From an uncultured delta proteobacterium (lineage in GTDB: Bacteria > Desulfobacterota > DSM-4660 > Desulfatiglandales > HGW-15): a stretch of DNA of 64,000 nucleotides. Under the pieces are notes generated by a model, which made no database searches, was not told the origin of the DNA, and worked only from the letters and a program-made list of their open reading frames with translations. Below, one piece after another: positions 47,205 to 57,628 of the stretch (position 1 is the stretch's first letter; every line of letters starts with the position of its first letter). Location of the stretch: the NCBI GenBank assembly GCA_963702565.1, contig CAVPDE010000026.1, forward strand, positions 25,235-89,234, in the 5' to 3' direction. A program made the translations under genes and the position numbers.

Positions 47205-47270
47205 ACATAAGCCTTCCTTTTGAACTGAAGGCCTTTTTGTCAATTCGACCATCTGCTGCCGAGTAGATTC

Positions 47271-48089
47271 ATGCGTCATCTCCTTGTAGCCGCCGTCTGC
47301 ATGCACTCCGAGCCCGGTGAGGTTGAAAAGAACCTCGAACGGATGGAATCCTTTGTTCACGAGGCCTCGGAAAGATCAGCAGGCGCAGTTCTGTTCCCTG
47401 AGCTTTCCATTTCCGGGTATACGCTCAAGGAACCGGAAAAGATTTACGACCTGCCCCGGTCAGGATGGATCGTGGAGAAGATCGTCCGCATGGCGCATGA
47501 TGCGAAGCTGATCATCATGGCCGGGATGGTGGAGATCCTCCAGGAGGGACGACCGTACATCGCTCACGTTGTAGCCGGCCCTAGCGGACTCCTGGGACTC
47601 TACCGGAAGACCCACTTATCTCCCCCGGAAAAGGAGAAATACAGGCAAGGAGACAGCCTGGAGGTTTACCATGACGGTGGCCTGGATTTCGGTCTGGAGC
47701 TTTGCTACGAGTCCCACTTCCCTGAGATCAGCACCGTGCTCTCTCTGAAAGGGGCAGAAGTTTTTTTCATGCCCCATGCCAGTCCCCGAGGAAATCCGGA
47801 AGAAAAGATGAAAAGCTGGCTCCGACATCTGCCGGGCCGGGCCTTTGACAACGGGGTTTTTGTTGTGGCCTGCAATCAGGTGGGGAGGACCGGCGAGGGT
47901 TTATTTTTTCCCGGGGTGATCCTTGCCCTTGACCCGCAAGGCCGGGTCGTGGGGAGCTATGCCGGGAATGAGGAGAAGATGGTTTTCGTGGAGTTGAAGG
48001 CGGAGACTCTTCATGAGACGCGGGCTCACAGAATGAAATACTTCATTCCTCACAGGAGGAAGGATCTATACAAAGATCTGGTATCCTGA
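47271..48089 (+). CDS. nitrilase-family carbon-nitrogen hydrolase
   Basis: FPEL..SGY, YRKTHL, LCYE..FPE (E-K-C triad), RAFDN. Confidence 0.9.
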   Translation: MRHLLVAAVCMHSEPGEVEKNLERMESFVHEASERSAGAVLFPELSISGYTLKEPEKIYDLPRSGWIVEKIVRMAHDAKLIIMAGMVEILQEGRPYIAHVVAGPSGLLGLYRKTHLSPPEKEKYRQGDSLEVYHDGGLDFGLELCYESHFPEISTVLSLKGAEVFFMPHASPRGNPEEKMKSWLRHLPGRAFDNGVFVVACNQVGRTGEGLFFPGVILALDPQGRVVGSYAGNEEKMVFVELKAETLHETRAHRMKYFIPHRRKDLYKDLVS

Positions 48090-48106
48090 GTTGGTTTCAC
48101 CAAAAG

Positions 48107-48145
48107 ACAAAGGGCCCACGGGGATGAACCCGCGCGCCCTTTGTT
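48107..48145. terminator. hairpin between convergent nitrilase and dsrC
   Basis: ACAAAGGGC...GCCCTTTGT stem with T-rich flanks on both strands. Confidence 0.6.
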
Positions 48146-48169
48146 GTGTCTTGAGTTAAGGCTGATGGA

Positions 48170-48487
48170 TTAGACGCAACCGGTCGGCTTCGGCAAACCA
48201 GCCATCTTGCAGGCTCCTTTGCCGGGTCCTGATGGAAAGAGCTCATAGATGTATTTAAGTTTGTAACCTGTGACCTTGGAAAGAATTCGCACCATGGGAG
48301 CAATGCCGTTCTTCTTATAATAGTCCTGAAGGACACTGATCACTTTCCAGTGCTCATCGGTCAGTTCCTCTATTCCTTCAGTGTGTTTGACGTAACTGAC
48401 CCATGACTTATTCCAGTTGTTGAAATCGTCGATGAATCCGTCTTCATCCACATTGAAGGTGTTCCCTTCGAAATCCACACTTGGCAT
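48170..48487 (-). CDS. dsrC: sulfur carrier DsrC
   Basis: DEDGF, LTDEHW, GIAPMVR, LFPSGPGKGACKMAGLPKPTGCV with both C-terminal Cys. Confidence 0.96.
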   Translation of the reverse strand: MPSVDFEGNTFNVDEDGFIDDFNNWNKSWVSYVKHTEGIEELTDEHWKVISVLQDYYKKNGIAPMVRILSKVTGYKLKYIYELFPSGPGKGACKMAGLPKPTGCV

Positions 48488-48577
48488 ACCCTGAATCCTC
48501 CTTTTATTAATTATCTTGCTGGGTTAGGTATCTTCGCAGGATGGTGTCCTATCGTATAACTTAATTCACAAATGATG

Positions 48578-49981
48578 TCAACTCTTCTTTTTGGCGTCAA
48601 GGTAAAATTTATTTTTTAGAATACGTCCGGCCCACTCCGGATAACCGCCAGCGTGGATGTGGGTGTAGGTGGCGAGCACGTTTTTCCTGCACAGACCGTC
48701 TCTCTGCCCATCGAGCCCCTCACCCCTCTGGACTTTGAAGACGGTTCGAGTGTCTTCCGAAGGGTGGAGCACGGCTTTCGAGTAATGGAACTCGTGTCCC
48801 TTGAGGCTTTCCCCGACTTCATAAAATGGGTTTGTGTCCGTGACCTGCAGGACCGTGTAACCGTGGCCTTGCGGTTTTTTCTCGAGAATCAAAGACAAGG
48901 GGAGGGCTCCCACCATGGGGAATTCGTTGCCCTCAACGACCAGGGCCTTCCCAAGATACATCAGACCCCCGCACTCCGCGTAAACCGGGAGACCCTCTTC
49001 AATTCTTTGTTTGAGGGAGGCTCTAAACGCGATGTTATCCGCAAGGGCCTGGGCCTGGGTCTCCGGAAAGCCTCCTCCTATGTACAAGGCATGGATCGCC
49101 GGCAGCTCTCTGTCTTCCAACGAGTTGATTTCTATGAGTTGAGCTCCGAGCCTTTTCATCTGATCCAGGTTCTCGGGATAGTAAAACCAGAAGGACTTGT
49201 CCCTGATCACACCGATCCGTGGCGGCGGGTCAGTCACGGGCATTGCCCCGTCGTCTTTCTTTTCCTCTGAAGGGTAGTCGAGGGAGGGCGCCTGGTGCGC
49301 CAGGCTCCAGATCGTTTTCAGGTCCAGGTGCTTCTCAGCGACACCTCTGGCCCAGGAAACGGCTTTTTCCGCATAGTCGGTTTCAAGATGGGGCACGAGC
49401 CCCATGTGCCTCTCGGGGAAAATGTTCTGCTTCAGTTTGGGGACGGCGCCGACCACGGGAATTCCGCAATACTGCTCCACCGCATTTCGTGTGAGCGATT
49501 CCTGTCGAGGTCCTGCGACGCGGTTCAGGATCACTCCGCTGATCCGAAGGTCGGGGTCGAATTTCTGGCACCCCATGACCAGGGCGGCCACGGTCCGGGT
49601 GGCCATGGTCACATCCACAATGAGGATGACCGGGCTGCTGATGATTCTTCCGAGCTCTCCTGTGCTGCAGCACCCGTCCAGGTCAAGGCCGTCGAAAAGA
49701 CCGCGGTTGCCCTCGATCACGGAAATGTCGGCACCCGCCGAGTTCCGGAGCAAGGAAGTGACGATCTGCCCGGGATTCATGAGAAAGGGGTCAAGGTTGT
49801 AGCAGGGCTGGCCCGCCGCGAAGGAAAGCCATCCTGAGTCAATGAAATCAGGGCCTTTCTTGAAGGCGGCCACCCTGTGGCCCATTCCCTTCCATGCGGA
49901 AGTCAGGCCCAGAGACAGGATGGTCTTGCCGGAGCCGCCCTTGAGGGCGGCGATGATGATGCGTGGCGGATTGAAAATCAT
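48578..49981 (-). CDS. dsrN: cobyrinate a,c-diamide synthase-like siroheme amidase
   Basis: GGSGKT, KKGPDFID, IEG.RGLFDG, ERH.GL, GGGFPE, YAECGGLMYL; located in the dsr locus. Confidence 0.85.
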   Translation of the reverse strand: MIFNPPRIIIAALKGGSGKTILSLGLTSAWKGMGHRVAAFKKGPDFIDSGWLSFAAGQPCYNLDPFLMNPGQIVTSLLRNSAGADISVIEGNRGLFDGLDLDGCCSTGELGRIISSPVILIVDVTMATRTVAALVMGCQKFDPDLRISGVILNRVAGPRQESLTRNAVEQYCGIPVVGAVPKLKQNIFPERHMGLVPHLETDYAEKAVSWARGVAEKHLDLKTIWSLAHQAPSLDYPSEEKKDDGAMPVTDPPPRIGVIRDKSFWFYYPENLDQMKRLGAQLIEINSLEDRELPAIHALYIGGGFPETQAQALADNIAFRASLKQRIEEGLPVYAECGGLMYLGKALVVEGNEFPMVGALPLSLILEKKPQGHGYTVLQVTDTNPFYEVGESLKGHEFHYSKAVLHPSEDTRTVFKVQRGEGLDGQRDGLCRKNVLATYTHIHAGGYPEWAGRILKNKFYLDAKKKS

Positions 49982-50104
49982 TGAAAAAAAGTCAACTTCT
50001 GCTCAGAAAATCCCACTTCTGTCCCGCTTTACAAGGGGGGGAAAAGATTGTCAATAAAATAGGGGGTTCCAGGCTGGAAAGTGTCTGCGCCGGAACGATT
50101 TTTG

Positions 50105-50134
50105 TTGACATTGGAAGTACTTTATTTTTATAAG
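50105..50134 (+). promoter_or_regulatory. sigma70-type promoter upstream of dsrA
   Basis: TTGACA-N18-TATAAG in AT-rich divergent region. Confidence 0.5.
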
Positions 50135-50434
50135 CGTTTGTCTATTCTTTCAATGGGTTGAGCTATTTCGAGAACCTTGGACTTGCCGCAACCGGAAACA
50201 GCCAATCCCTGATATCGAAAGCGTTGACCGTCCAAACACTCCATCCGGTTTATTTTCAGGAAGTTGGAGACGGAAGGAATTCTCTCGTCCCCAGGTGTTG
50301 GTTTAGGCGGGGATGGGTGTTGAGATTAGACTATGGAGGGAGGAGGTGAACAGAGGAGCAGCGTATCTTTAACGGGGTTGCCCCCTTGCTGAGATCGACT
50401 AGAACATTTTATTTTTGAAGAGGAGGCGTTGATA

Positions 50435-51856
50435 ATGGCTTTTGAACCAAAAGAACCGCAAAAAGAAATAAAATACAAGGAAGCCAGAATTTATTCTGAC
50501 GCGGAATTGCACAACTACACAGAAGACGAACTCAAGAAATTCAAGATCAAACACAGCATTCCCTTGTGCGATGATCTGGAGAAAGGTCCTTGGCCGAGCT
50601 TTGTGGCAGATTTCAAGCGGCTGGCCCTTCACCGACGAAAGCTTCCGGACAATCGCATGATGATCGACCGCAACGTGGTCGAGGATCTGCTCGGCCAGTT
50701 GGAACTCTCCTACGTCCATGGCGAAACCCACTGGAAGCACGGCGGCATCGTGGGCGTGTTCGGTTACGGCGGCGGCGTCATCGGTCGGTACTCCGATCTC
50801 CAGGAACAGTTCCCGTCTATCGCCCACTTTCACACCATGCGTGTTAACCAACCGGGAAGTTATTTCTACAACACGGACTATCTCAGAACTCTTTGTGATC
50901 TGTGGGAGTACCGGGGAAGCGGGATGATGAATTTCCATGGATCCACGGGCGACATCATTTTCCTCGGCACCTTTACCGAGCAACTGGAGCCCCTTTTCTT
51001 TGAACTGACCCATGTGCTCCAGCAGGATCTGGGCGGGTCGGGTTCAAACCTGAGAACCCCTTCCTGCTGCATCGGCAAAGCCCGCTGCGAGTGGTCCTGC
51101 TATGACACGCAGGATATGTGCTACGAAATGACCACGCACTATCAGGACGAACTCCACCGTCCTCAATTCCCCTACAAGTTCAAATTCAAGTTTGACGGCT
51201 GCCCGAACTGCTGCGTCGCTTCCATTGCCCGCGCGGACATGTCCTTTATCGGAACTTGGAAAGATGACATCCGGATCGACCAGAAAGCCGTGAAAGCCTA
51301 CATCGCCGGCGAGATCAAGCCCAACGCCGGAGCCCATGCAGGAAAAGACTGGGGCAAGTTCGACATCGAAAAAGAAGTCATCGGCCTCTGCCCGACCGGT
51401 TGCATGTGGATGGAAAAAGGGAATCTGATGATCGACAACAAGGAATGCAACCGCTGCATGCACTGCATCAATGTGATGCCGCAAGCGTTGTGGCCGGGGA
51501 AAGATACCGGTGTGTCCATCCTCCTGGGTGCCAAGGCGCCCATTCTGGAAGGCGCGCAGATGTCTCTCCTGACCGTTCCCTTTATGAAGGCCGAGCCTCC
51601 CTATGACAAAATCAAGGAGAAGGTCATTGAACCGGTTTGGGAATGGTGGATGGAGGAAGGGAAGAACCGAGAGCGTTTGGGTGAACTCATCCAGAGGCAG
51701 GGTATTCGAAGGCTTCTCGAGATCCTCAACATCCCGGCGATGCCTCAAGTGGTCAAAGAACCACGATCCAACCCCTACATCTTCTGGAAAGAGGAAGATG
51801 TTCCGGGCGGGTTCAAGCGAGACATCAAAGACTACCGATCGAGACACAAGAGATAG
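50435..51856 (+). CDS. dsrA: dissimilatory sulfite reductase alpha subunit
   Basis: GPWPSFV, THWKHGGIVGVFGYGGGVIGRY, CIGKARCE, YKFKFKFDGCPNCC, CNRCMHCIN. Confidence 0.98.
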   Translation: MAFEPKEPQKEIKYKEARIYSDAELHNYTEDELKKFKIKHSIPLCDDLEKGPWPSFVADFKRLALHRRKLPDNRMMIDRNVVEDLLGQLELSYVHGETHWKHGGIVGVFGYGGGVIGRYSDLQEQFPSIAHFHTMRVNQPGSYFYNTDYLRTLCDLWEYRGSGMMNFHGSTGDIIFLGTFTEQLEPLFFELTHVLQQDLGGSGSNLRTPSCCIGKARCEWSCYDTQDMCYEMTTHYQDELHRPQFPYKFKFKFDGCPNCCVASIARADMSFIGTWKDDIRIDQKAVKAYIAGEIKPNAGAHAGKDWGKFDIEKEVIGLCPTGCMWMEKGNLMIDNKECNRCMHCINVMPQALWPGKDTGVSILLGAKAPILEGAQMSLLTVPFMKAEPPYDKIKEKVIEPVWEWWMEEGKNRERLGELIQRQGIRRLLEILNIPAMPQVVKEPRSNPYIFWKEEDVPGGFKRDIKDYRSRHKR

Positions 51857-51879
51857 TTCCAGAGAGGAGGTAAGCAATC

Positions 51880-53061
51880 ATGGCATTGTCTACAGATAAA
51901 TTAGGACGGTTTAATCCCCAAAAACCCATGGAAAACAGGATCACGGACCTTGGGCCGCGCCACTTCTGGCAATACTTCCCGCCCATCATTCAGAAGAACT
52001 ACGGGAAGTGGAAATATCATGAAATCCTCGAACCCGGCTTGCTGGTTCACGTCGCAGAAAGCGGGGACAAGGTGTTCACTCTTCGAGTCGGCGGCGCCCG
52101 GCTCATGTCGGTCGAAAACGTGCGGGAGCTCTGCGACATCGCAGACAAGTACTGCAACGGCTATTTCCGGTTCACCACGCGCAATAACATTGAATTCATG
52201 ACCGATAGCCTGGATAAAGTGAAGGCCCTGAAAAAAGACCTGGCCGGACGGAAACACGTTTCCGGGAGCTTCAAGTTCCCCATCGGCGGCACAGGCGCCG
52301 GCGTGACGAACATCGTTCATACCCAGGGATACATCCACTGCCACACTCCGGCAACGGATGCTTCCGGCATGGTCAAGGCGGTCATGGATGACCTTTTCGA
52401 GTATTTCCAGAGCATGACGCTTCCGGCTCAGGTGAGGGTGTCCATGGCGTGCTGCCTCAACATGTGCGGCGCGGTCCATTGCTCGGACATCGCGCTTCTG
52501 GGCTACCACAGGAAACCGCCGATCGTTGACAGCGAGGTCCTGGAGAATGTGTGCGAAATCCCGTTGGTCATTGCCGCTTGCCCGACGGCAGCCATCTCCC
52601 CGTCCAAGACGGATGAAGGCAAGAAGACGGTGAAGATCAAAGAAGAGCGCTGCATGTTCTGCGGCAACTGCTACACCATGTGCATGGCTCTTCCGCTGAC
52701 GGACAAAGAAGGGGACTGCGTCACCATCATGGCAGGAGGCAAGGTCTCCAACCGGATCTCGCCGCCCAAGTTCTCGAAGGTCGTGGTGGCCGGTGTGCCG
52801 AACACCCATCCGCGGTATCCGGAAGCGGTCAGCGTGGTCAAGCAGATCATCGAAGCCTATGCCAAGGATGCGAAAAAGTATGAGCGGATCGGCGACTGGG
52901 CGGAGAGGATCGGCTGGGAGAGGTTCTTTGACAAATGCGGGATTCCATTCACCCAGCACCTGATCGACGACTATCGGCTGGCCTACGATACGTATCGGAC
53001 CTCGACGCAGTTCAAGTTCACCGATGCGTCCTGGGCGGTGACCGACGCGTTGGAAGGTTAA
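51880..53061 (+). CDS. dsrB: dissimilatory sulfite reductase beta subunit
   Basis: [60 protein letters not shown]. Confidence 0.98.
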   Translation: MALSTDKLGRFNPQKPMENRITDLGPRHFWQYFPPIIQKNYGKWKYHEILEPGLLVHVAESGDKVFTLRVGGARLMSVENVRELCDIADKYCNGYFRFTTRNNIEFMTDSLDKVKALKKDLAGRKHVSGSFKFPIGGTGAGVTNIVHTQGYIHCHTPATDASGMVKAVMDDLFEYFQSMTLPAQVRVSMACCLNMCGAVHCSDIALLGYHRKPPIVDSEVLENVCEIPLVIAACPTAAISPSKTDEGKKTVKIKEERCMFCGNCYTMCMALPLTDKEGDCVTIMAGGKVSNRISPPKFSKVVVAGVPNTHPRYPEAVSVVKQIIEAYAKDAKKYERIGDWAERIGWERFFDKCGIPFTQHLIDDYRLAYDTYRTSTQFKFTDASWAVTDALEG

Positions 53062-53138
53062 TACGAACGTATCAGACAAAATCCCCCCATCCCCCCTTTA
53101 GTAAAGGGGGGTGCGGGAGAGGGAAGAGGAGTAATCCA

Positions 53139-53369
53139 ATGGACGATTATAGACAGGCAATCCTCGATTTTGCCGAAACCAGCAAGAAGAGCAAGTTCTA
53201 CTTCAACGACCTGGAGGCAGCCGTCAAGGAGAAGTTCCCTACCGCTAAGACAAGGGACATCAAGAAGGCGGCGACCGAACTGGTCAACACGGAGAAGCTG
53301 ATCTATTTCTCCACCGGCAGCACGACCATGTACGGCCTCAAAGGCCGCGGTCAGACTGAGGATCATTAA
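53139..53369 (+). CDS. dsrD: DsrD
   Basis: KSKFYFND, LV..EKL.YFSTGSTTMYGLKG; immediately after dsrB. Confidence 0.93.
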   Translation: MDDYRQAILDFAETSKKSKFYFNDLEAAVKEKFPTAKTRDIKKAATELVNTEKLIYFSTGSTTMYGLKGRGQTEDH

Positions 53370-53402
53370 GATCTGCCGAAAGGCAATGTGCTAAAAGGTC
53401 AA

Positions 53403-53433
53403 GGGGTCGCTATCCCTTTCGGATGGCGACCCC
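53403..53433 (+). terminator. hairpin after dsrD
   Basis: GGGGTCGCTATCC CTTTC GGATGGCGACCCC. Confidence 0.6.
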
Positions 53434-53453
53434 GGTCATTTTAAAGAACAAGA

Positions 53454-53598
53454 TTGGAGTAATGGAGAAGTGGAGTGTCAAAGAACTGGAGTAATGGAGT
53501 ATTGGAGTACTGGAGTGTTGGTAAAACATAGGAAAAAGTCATTGACTCTCTTCCCACGGTTTTGCATTACTCCAACACTCCATCCCTCCATTACTCCA
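53454..53598. repeat. inverted tandem octamer array (TGGAGTRN)
   Basis: About 7 forward units, spacer, 4 reverse units. Confidence 0.85.
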
Positions 53599-53621
53599 CC
53601 GACTTTGTTTTGAGGTGTCTT

Positions 53622-54248
53622 ATGAAAGAACCGCAAGGCTCTGTCGAATTCATTGCAGAGCAGAAAAGAAGGCTGGCAGAAAACCCGGAATGCGCTACCT
53701 CCTCTTACAACCTGGGGGTCACCCTCATGCAGCAAGGAAAGCTGGATGAGGCAGTGGACGCCTTCAGAGAGGCGATCCAGAACAGCGCGCGCATGTTCGA
53801 GGCCTGGGTTAATCTGGGCTACATCTTCTTCAAGAAAGGCGATCTGGAACAGGTCGTTTTTGCCAACCAGAAGGCCGTGGAGGTGGAACCCCGGTACGCG
53901 AGAGGGTACGCCAATCTGGGATTCGCCTACCTGCAAATGGGAAGGACAGATGAGGCGATCGAGGAGCTTGAGAAAGCTCTGGAACTGAACCCGGACATTG
54001 TCCAGGCCTGGAATAACCTGGCCAACGCCTATCTTCAGAAAGGGAATTTTGACAAGGCCGTTGAAACGAACCTTAACCTCCTGAAGCTTGCGCCGACCTT
54101 CGGACTGGGGCACAACAATCTAGCCGTAGCTTATTTCCACAGAGGAGAACACGGCAAGGCCATCGAGCATGCGGACAAAGCCAAAGATCTGGGCTTCGAG
54201 GTGCATCCGGATTTTCTGAAAGAGCTGGAGCCCTACCGGCAGTCATGA
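53622..54248 (+). CDS. tetratricopeptide repeat protein
   Basis: Five repeats with the NLG/NLA...G..D.A pattern at 34-aa spacing. Confidence 0.9.
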   Translation: MKEPQGSVEFIAEQKRRLAENPECATSSYNLGVTLMQQGKLDEAVDAFREAIQNSARMFEAWVNLGYIFFKKGDLEQVVFANQKAVEVEPRYARGYANLGFAYLQMGRTDEAIEELEKALELNPDIVQAWNNLANAYLQKGNFDKAVETNLNLLKLAPTFGLGHNNLAVAYFHRGEHGKAIEHADKAKDLGFEVHPDFLKELEPYRQS

Positions 54249-54880
54249 AAAAAACGAATGATCTTTTTCAAACTTACGAACTGCTGGTCGACAAGGCAGA
54301 GGCAGCTTTCCAGGAAATGCAAAAGGAGCACGGCTCCTGCATCAAATGCGAAGCGCACTGCTCCGATTGCTGCCATGCCGTTTTCGGGCTCTTTTTGATT
54401 GAAGCGGGGTATCTCAGGGAGCAATTCGAAAAGCTGAAGGATGAAGAGAAAAGCTCGGCGCTATTGAGATGTGAGCAGGCGGAGAAGAGCCTGGAGCGCC
54501 TTCAGAACATGCTCCGGGAACATGAAGACGATCCTCAGATGCAGGCTTACATCATGTCCCGTGAAAGAATTCCCTGCCCTCTGCTGAACGAAAACCAGGA
54601 GTGTGTCCTATATCTTCACCGGCCGATCACCTGTCGGGTTTACGGGATTCCGACAAAGGTTCAAGGAAAGGCCAGGGTGTGCTGGAAATCGGAATTCAAA
54701 AAGGATGAACGCTATCCGGTCTTTGATCTGGACCTGGTGCATCGGGAACTATATTTCCTGTCAACAGAGCTGCTCAAGGCCGCGGGAGAGGATACTGAGA
54801 AAGCATCTCTCCTGATCTCCGTCTCCAAGGCCATCACGACACCCTTCAAGGACCTGCTTCGCCAAAAGCTTAAAGCGTAG
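54245..54880 (+). CDS. YkgJ-family cysteine-cluster protein
   Basis: C...CSDCC, CPLL....C.LY..RPITCR.YG. Confidence 0.85.
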   Translation: MKKTNDLFQTYELLVDKAEAAFQEMQKEHGSCIKCEAHCSDCCHAVFGLFLIEAGYLREQFEKLKDEEKSSALLRCEQAEKSLERLQNMLREHEDDPQMQAYIMSRERIPCPLLNENQECVLYLHRPITCRVYGIPTKVQGKARVCWKSEFKKDERYPVFDLDLVHRELYFLSTELLKAAGEDTEKASLLISVSKAITTPFKDLLRQKLKA

Positions 54881-54959
54881 CAGTTTAGAAGTGTTCAGAA
54901 GTGTTTGTATGGGGCCTGTCCTGGATTCAGCTCGATGCTAGGAGTCTTTCTGTGACAAT

Positions 54960-56069
54960 TTACAAATTTGAACTGTTACCCTGCAGAGCCTTCCAAAGCG
55001 CAGCGATGTGTTCCTCCAAATTCTTTTCGATCACCTTGAAATCCTCGTGTTTCTCTTCGCGGTAGGACTCCATCAACGGAGCGTAGAGGCTGTGAAGTTC
55101 CTCTTTTGAGAGGCTTTTCAGAAACGCATTCAGATCAGGCTCTCGTCCCCAATCTCCTCTCCCTTCAGCTTTCATGGTCCTTAGAGCCTCAAAGAGGCCC
55201 TCCAGACAGGGACTCACCAATCCGTCTTGAGCCCAAATCGGCTCGCCCACTCCACCGATCCTGTCGAGTCTCATTTGAACGGTCATGTTGAGGAGAAAGG
55301 CCACAAGGGCTGTCACACGGTTTGGTCCGGCTCTTCCGGGGAAAGAAATGAGGGGCAGGTAATTCCTTGCCGCGGTGAGCTTGACCTGCACGATGCCTTC
55401 GGAGAGGTTCACAACAAAATCTCCCGCTGCATGATGCCAGGGACAAATCTGATGGTAAGTGTCCGGATCATAGTAGAGAGTCAGAATTTTCGAAGCCTCC
55501 CTGAAAAGGCTGCGGCTTTGCTCCCTCGATGCGGTTCGGCTTCCTTTTTCCGTATCCCAGATGAGAACGGCTTGCTTCCCCTCCTCGTCTTGTCCGAGGT
55601 GCCACTCGTGGTACCCTTCCAGCCAATCCGACACGCTCATCACGGCCGTTTCATTTCCTTTGGGGCAGGAGCAGGAAACTTCGGAAGCCATGTGCACCTT
55701 CGGGAGATAGCCGTAGGGGAACCGTTGATTGAGATGTCTCATGGTTTTATATTCCCGAAGGAGGAGTTCTTTTCTGGGTTCTGAGAAGGCGGTGGAGACC
55801 GCAAATTTCATCCGCGCGTCGAAGCCGATGAGTTCCACGCTCGCCACATGGTAGAGGGTGCCGTGCTTTTCGCTCCGGATCAGGACTTGGTCGAGTGGAT
55901 CCGGGAAAAGGCGGTTGGCCAGGATGAAACGTTCGATGCTCTGAAAGTAATCTCTCAACGTGAGGAAGGGATGGGCTTCAAAGGGGTTCAGGAGAAAGGC
56001 GCGGTCCAGAGTCTTTTCTTCAGGGAGCACGTCCCCTTCAGAGGAGGAGAAAAGATACTTAACCCTCAT
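54960..56069 (-). CDS. hypothetical protein, possible degenerate kinase-like fold
   Basis: 369-aa ORF coupled to upstream gene (ATGA); REY..M..L...YLPKV, DWLEG, WHHAAGDFVV. Confidence 0.7.
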   Translation of the reverse strand: MRVKYLFSSSEGDVLPEEKTLDRAFLLNPFEAHPFLTLRDYFQSIERFILANRLFPDPLDQVLIRSEKHGTLYHVASVELIGFDARMKFAVSTAFSEPRKELLLREYKTMRHLNQRFPYGYLPKVHMASEVSCSCPKGNETAVMSVSDWLEGYHEWHLGQDEEGKQAVLIWDTEKGSRTASREQSRSLFREASKILTLYYDPDTYHQICPWHHAAGDFVVNLSEGIVQVKLTAARNYLPLISFPGRAGPNRVTALVAFLLNMTVQMRLDRIGGVGEPIWAQDGLVSPCLEGLFEALRTMKAEGRGDWGREPDLNAFLKSLSKEELHSLYAPLMESYREEKHEDFKVIEKNLEEHIAALWKALQGNSSNL

Positions 56070-57112
56070 AGTTTTGCCAGAGACTCGATGGCGATTTGAT
56101 GGAGAGTGGTTTTTTCTATTTGCCCTGCCCTGTAGATGTCTATGGGGACTATGTCGTCCTTGAGTTTTATCAGATCCTCTTTTGCCTCATAGGACTTGAG
56201 ATGCCCGAGAAGTATCGCCGCATACCCCCGAACCTCGGAGTCGGGATTGCGGAGGAGAGGGATCATCGGATACGAGAATCTTCGGAGCAGGTCAGGTCGG
56301 GCTTCACCGATTTTCCCCATGGCGCGCAGGACTTCCGGAAGCAGTGAGGGATCCCTAGAGATCTGAACAAGCTGGGGGACAAAACCGGAGAAATGATCGG
56401 GCAGAGCGCTGATGATTTCGCCGATGGCATCCACGGAGCCCCAGCTGGAGGCTGCCGTGTCGGAAACCGAGGTGAAAAGACCCTGCAGCAGTTTGGAGAC
56501 GGCTCCAGGGTCTTTTGCGGCGATCACTGCGGATATTTTTCCAAGAGCTTCAGCCGCTCTCCATCGGAAAAGCTTCTCTGCAGAATAAAGCAGCCTTTTC
56601 GCGTCCCTCAGAATCCGTTTGTCCTGGCCGGCCATTTCGAGGAGAGGTGCCAGATCGTAGTTCCTGATCAGATCCTCCACCTCCTGCTTTGAAGAGGATC
56701 TTCTGGGGGTTCTATGGGGTTGCGTCCCTGTGTCGGGGGCAACCGGCCCGTCGGACCGCACAGGGGGAGTCCTAACCTCAAGGGGTTTGTTCAATCTGAT
56801 GAAGTACAGTACCCCGGTGATTCGTCTTCCCTCGTAAACGCCTCCGTGAATAACGTGATGCGTTTCGGCATCGTAGTTCTTCAGTTGGTTGTCCAGGTAG
56901 TCTTCGTCAGGAGTGAGGTCCCAGGCGCAATCCCAGTCACCGGTGCAGGCGTGAACGAGCGCTTCGATCATGGCAGAGCCGAGGTTGTGGCCCGTCACGT
57001 CACAGGCATACACCGCGCCGCAGGAACAGACGCCCATAGGCATTTCCCTGGAAGGGAACGGCTCAGGCCTTTGGACCAGCATGCCGCAGAAAGGGCATGT
57101 GGGTTTTGTCAT
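56066..57112 (-). CDS. Zn-finger plus HEAT-repeat protein (DVU0298-like)
   Basis: CPFCG, CSCG..Y.CD; RWRAAEALG, EVLRAMGKIG, EVRGYAA..LG repeats. Confidence 0.75.
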   Translation of the reverse strand: MTKPTCPFCGMLVQRPEPFPSREMPMGVCSCGAVYACDVTGHNLGSAMIEALVHACTGDWDCAWDLTPDEDYLDNQLKNYDAETHHVIHGGVYEGRRITGVLYFIRLNKPLEVRTPPVRSDGPVAPDTGTQPHRTPRRSSSKQEVEDLIRNYDLAPLLEMAGQDKRILRDAKRLLYSAEKLFRWRAAEALGKISAVIAAKDPGAVSKLLQGLFTSVSDTAASSWGSVDAIGEIISALPDHFSGFVPQLVQISRDPSLLPEVLRAMGKIGEARPDLLRRFSYPMIPLLRNPDSEVRGYAAILLGHLKSYEAKEDLIKLKDDIVPIDIYRAGQIEKTTLHQIAIESLAKL

Positions 57113-57287
57113 GATGTCTTTTCCGAAAAATCTGCCAACCATTTCGATATCCGCAAGAAAAGCGCCGCCGTCCGGCGAAAACTTCATTTTGATTATAACA
57201 CCTGCCGTCAGGCACAAAGTTACAAAGGCACAGAGGCACAAAGCAGAAAAATCATTATATCCCTTTGTGCCTTTGCCACTTTGTCCC

Positions 57288-57518
57288 TCATAGATCAAGA
57301 TCCATTCCCGCGCCCCTTTCGTCGAACTCGAAATCCACTATCTCGAACTCATCGCCTCTTGACCTGAACTGAACCATCCACTTCGCATACTGAGGACCTG
57401 CAAACTCACAACTGATCGTCCCAAGCCTGGCGTCGAGTTTCTTGAGCTTCGGCACGATTTCCTCCGAAAAGAGCTGCTGTATTTCGCTCTTCTCGTCGTC
57501 TGTGAGTTCGTCTTTCAT
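57288..57518 (-). CDS. small acidic hypothetical protein
   Basis: 76-aa ORF co-oriented with neighbours. Confidence 0.6.
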   Translation of the reverse strand: MKDELTDDEKSEIQQLFSEEIVPKLKKLDARLGTISCEFAGPQYAKWMVQFRSRGDEFEIVDFEFDERGAGMDLDL

Positions 57519-57628
57519 GGCACCGAGAAAGCTTCCGACCCCGTCTTTCCAGTGAATGGTTGAACAGAATTGATTCTTTTGCCCTCATCTTGGAGGATGG
57601 ATTGGGAGAGCGGCAAACGAAATGGATT

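Noticed and set aside
48552..48572. Rex or CRP-like operator in the dsrC promoter (TTGTGAATTAAGTTATACGA)
   Set aside because: Only one half-site matches; insufficient without a position-weight-matrix search.
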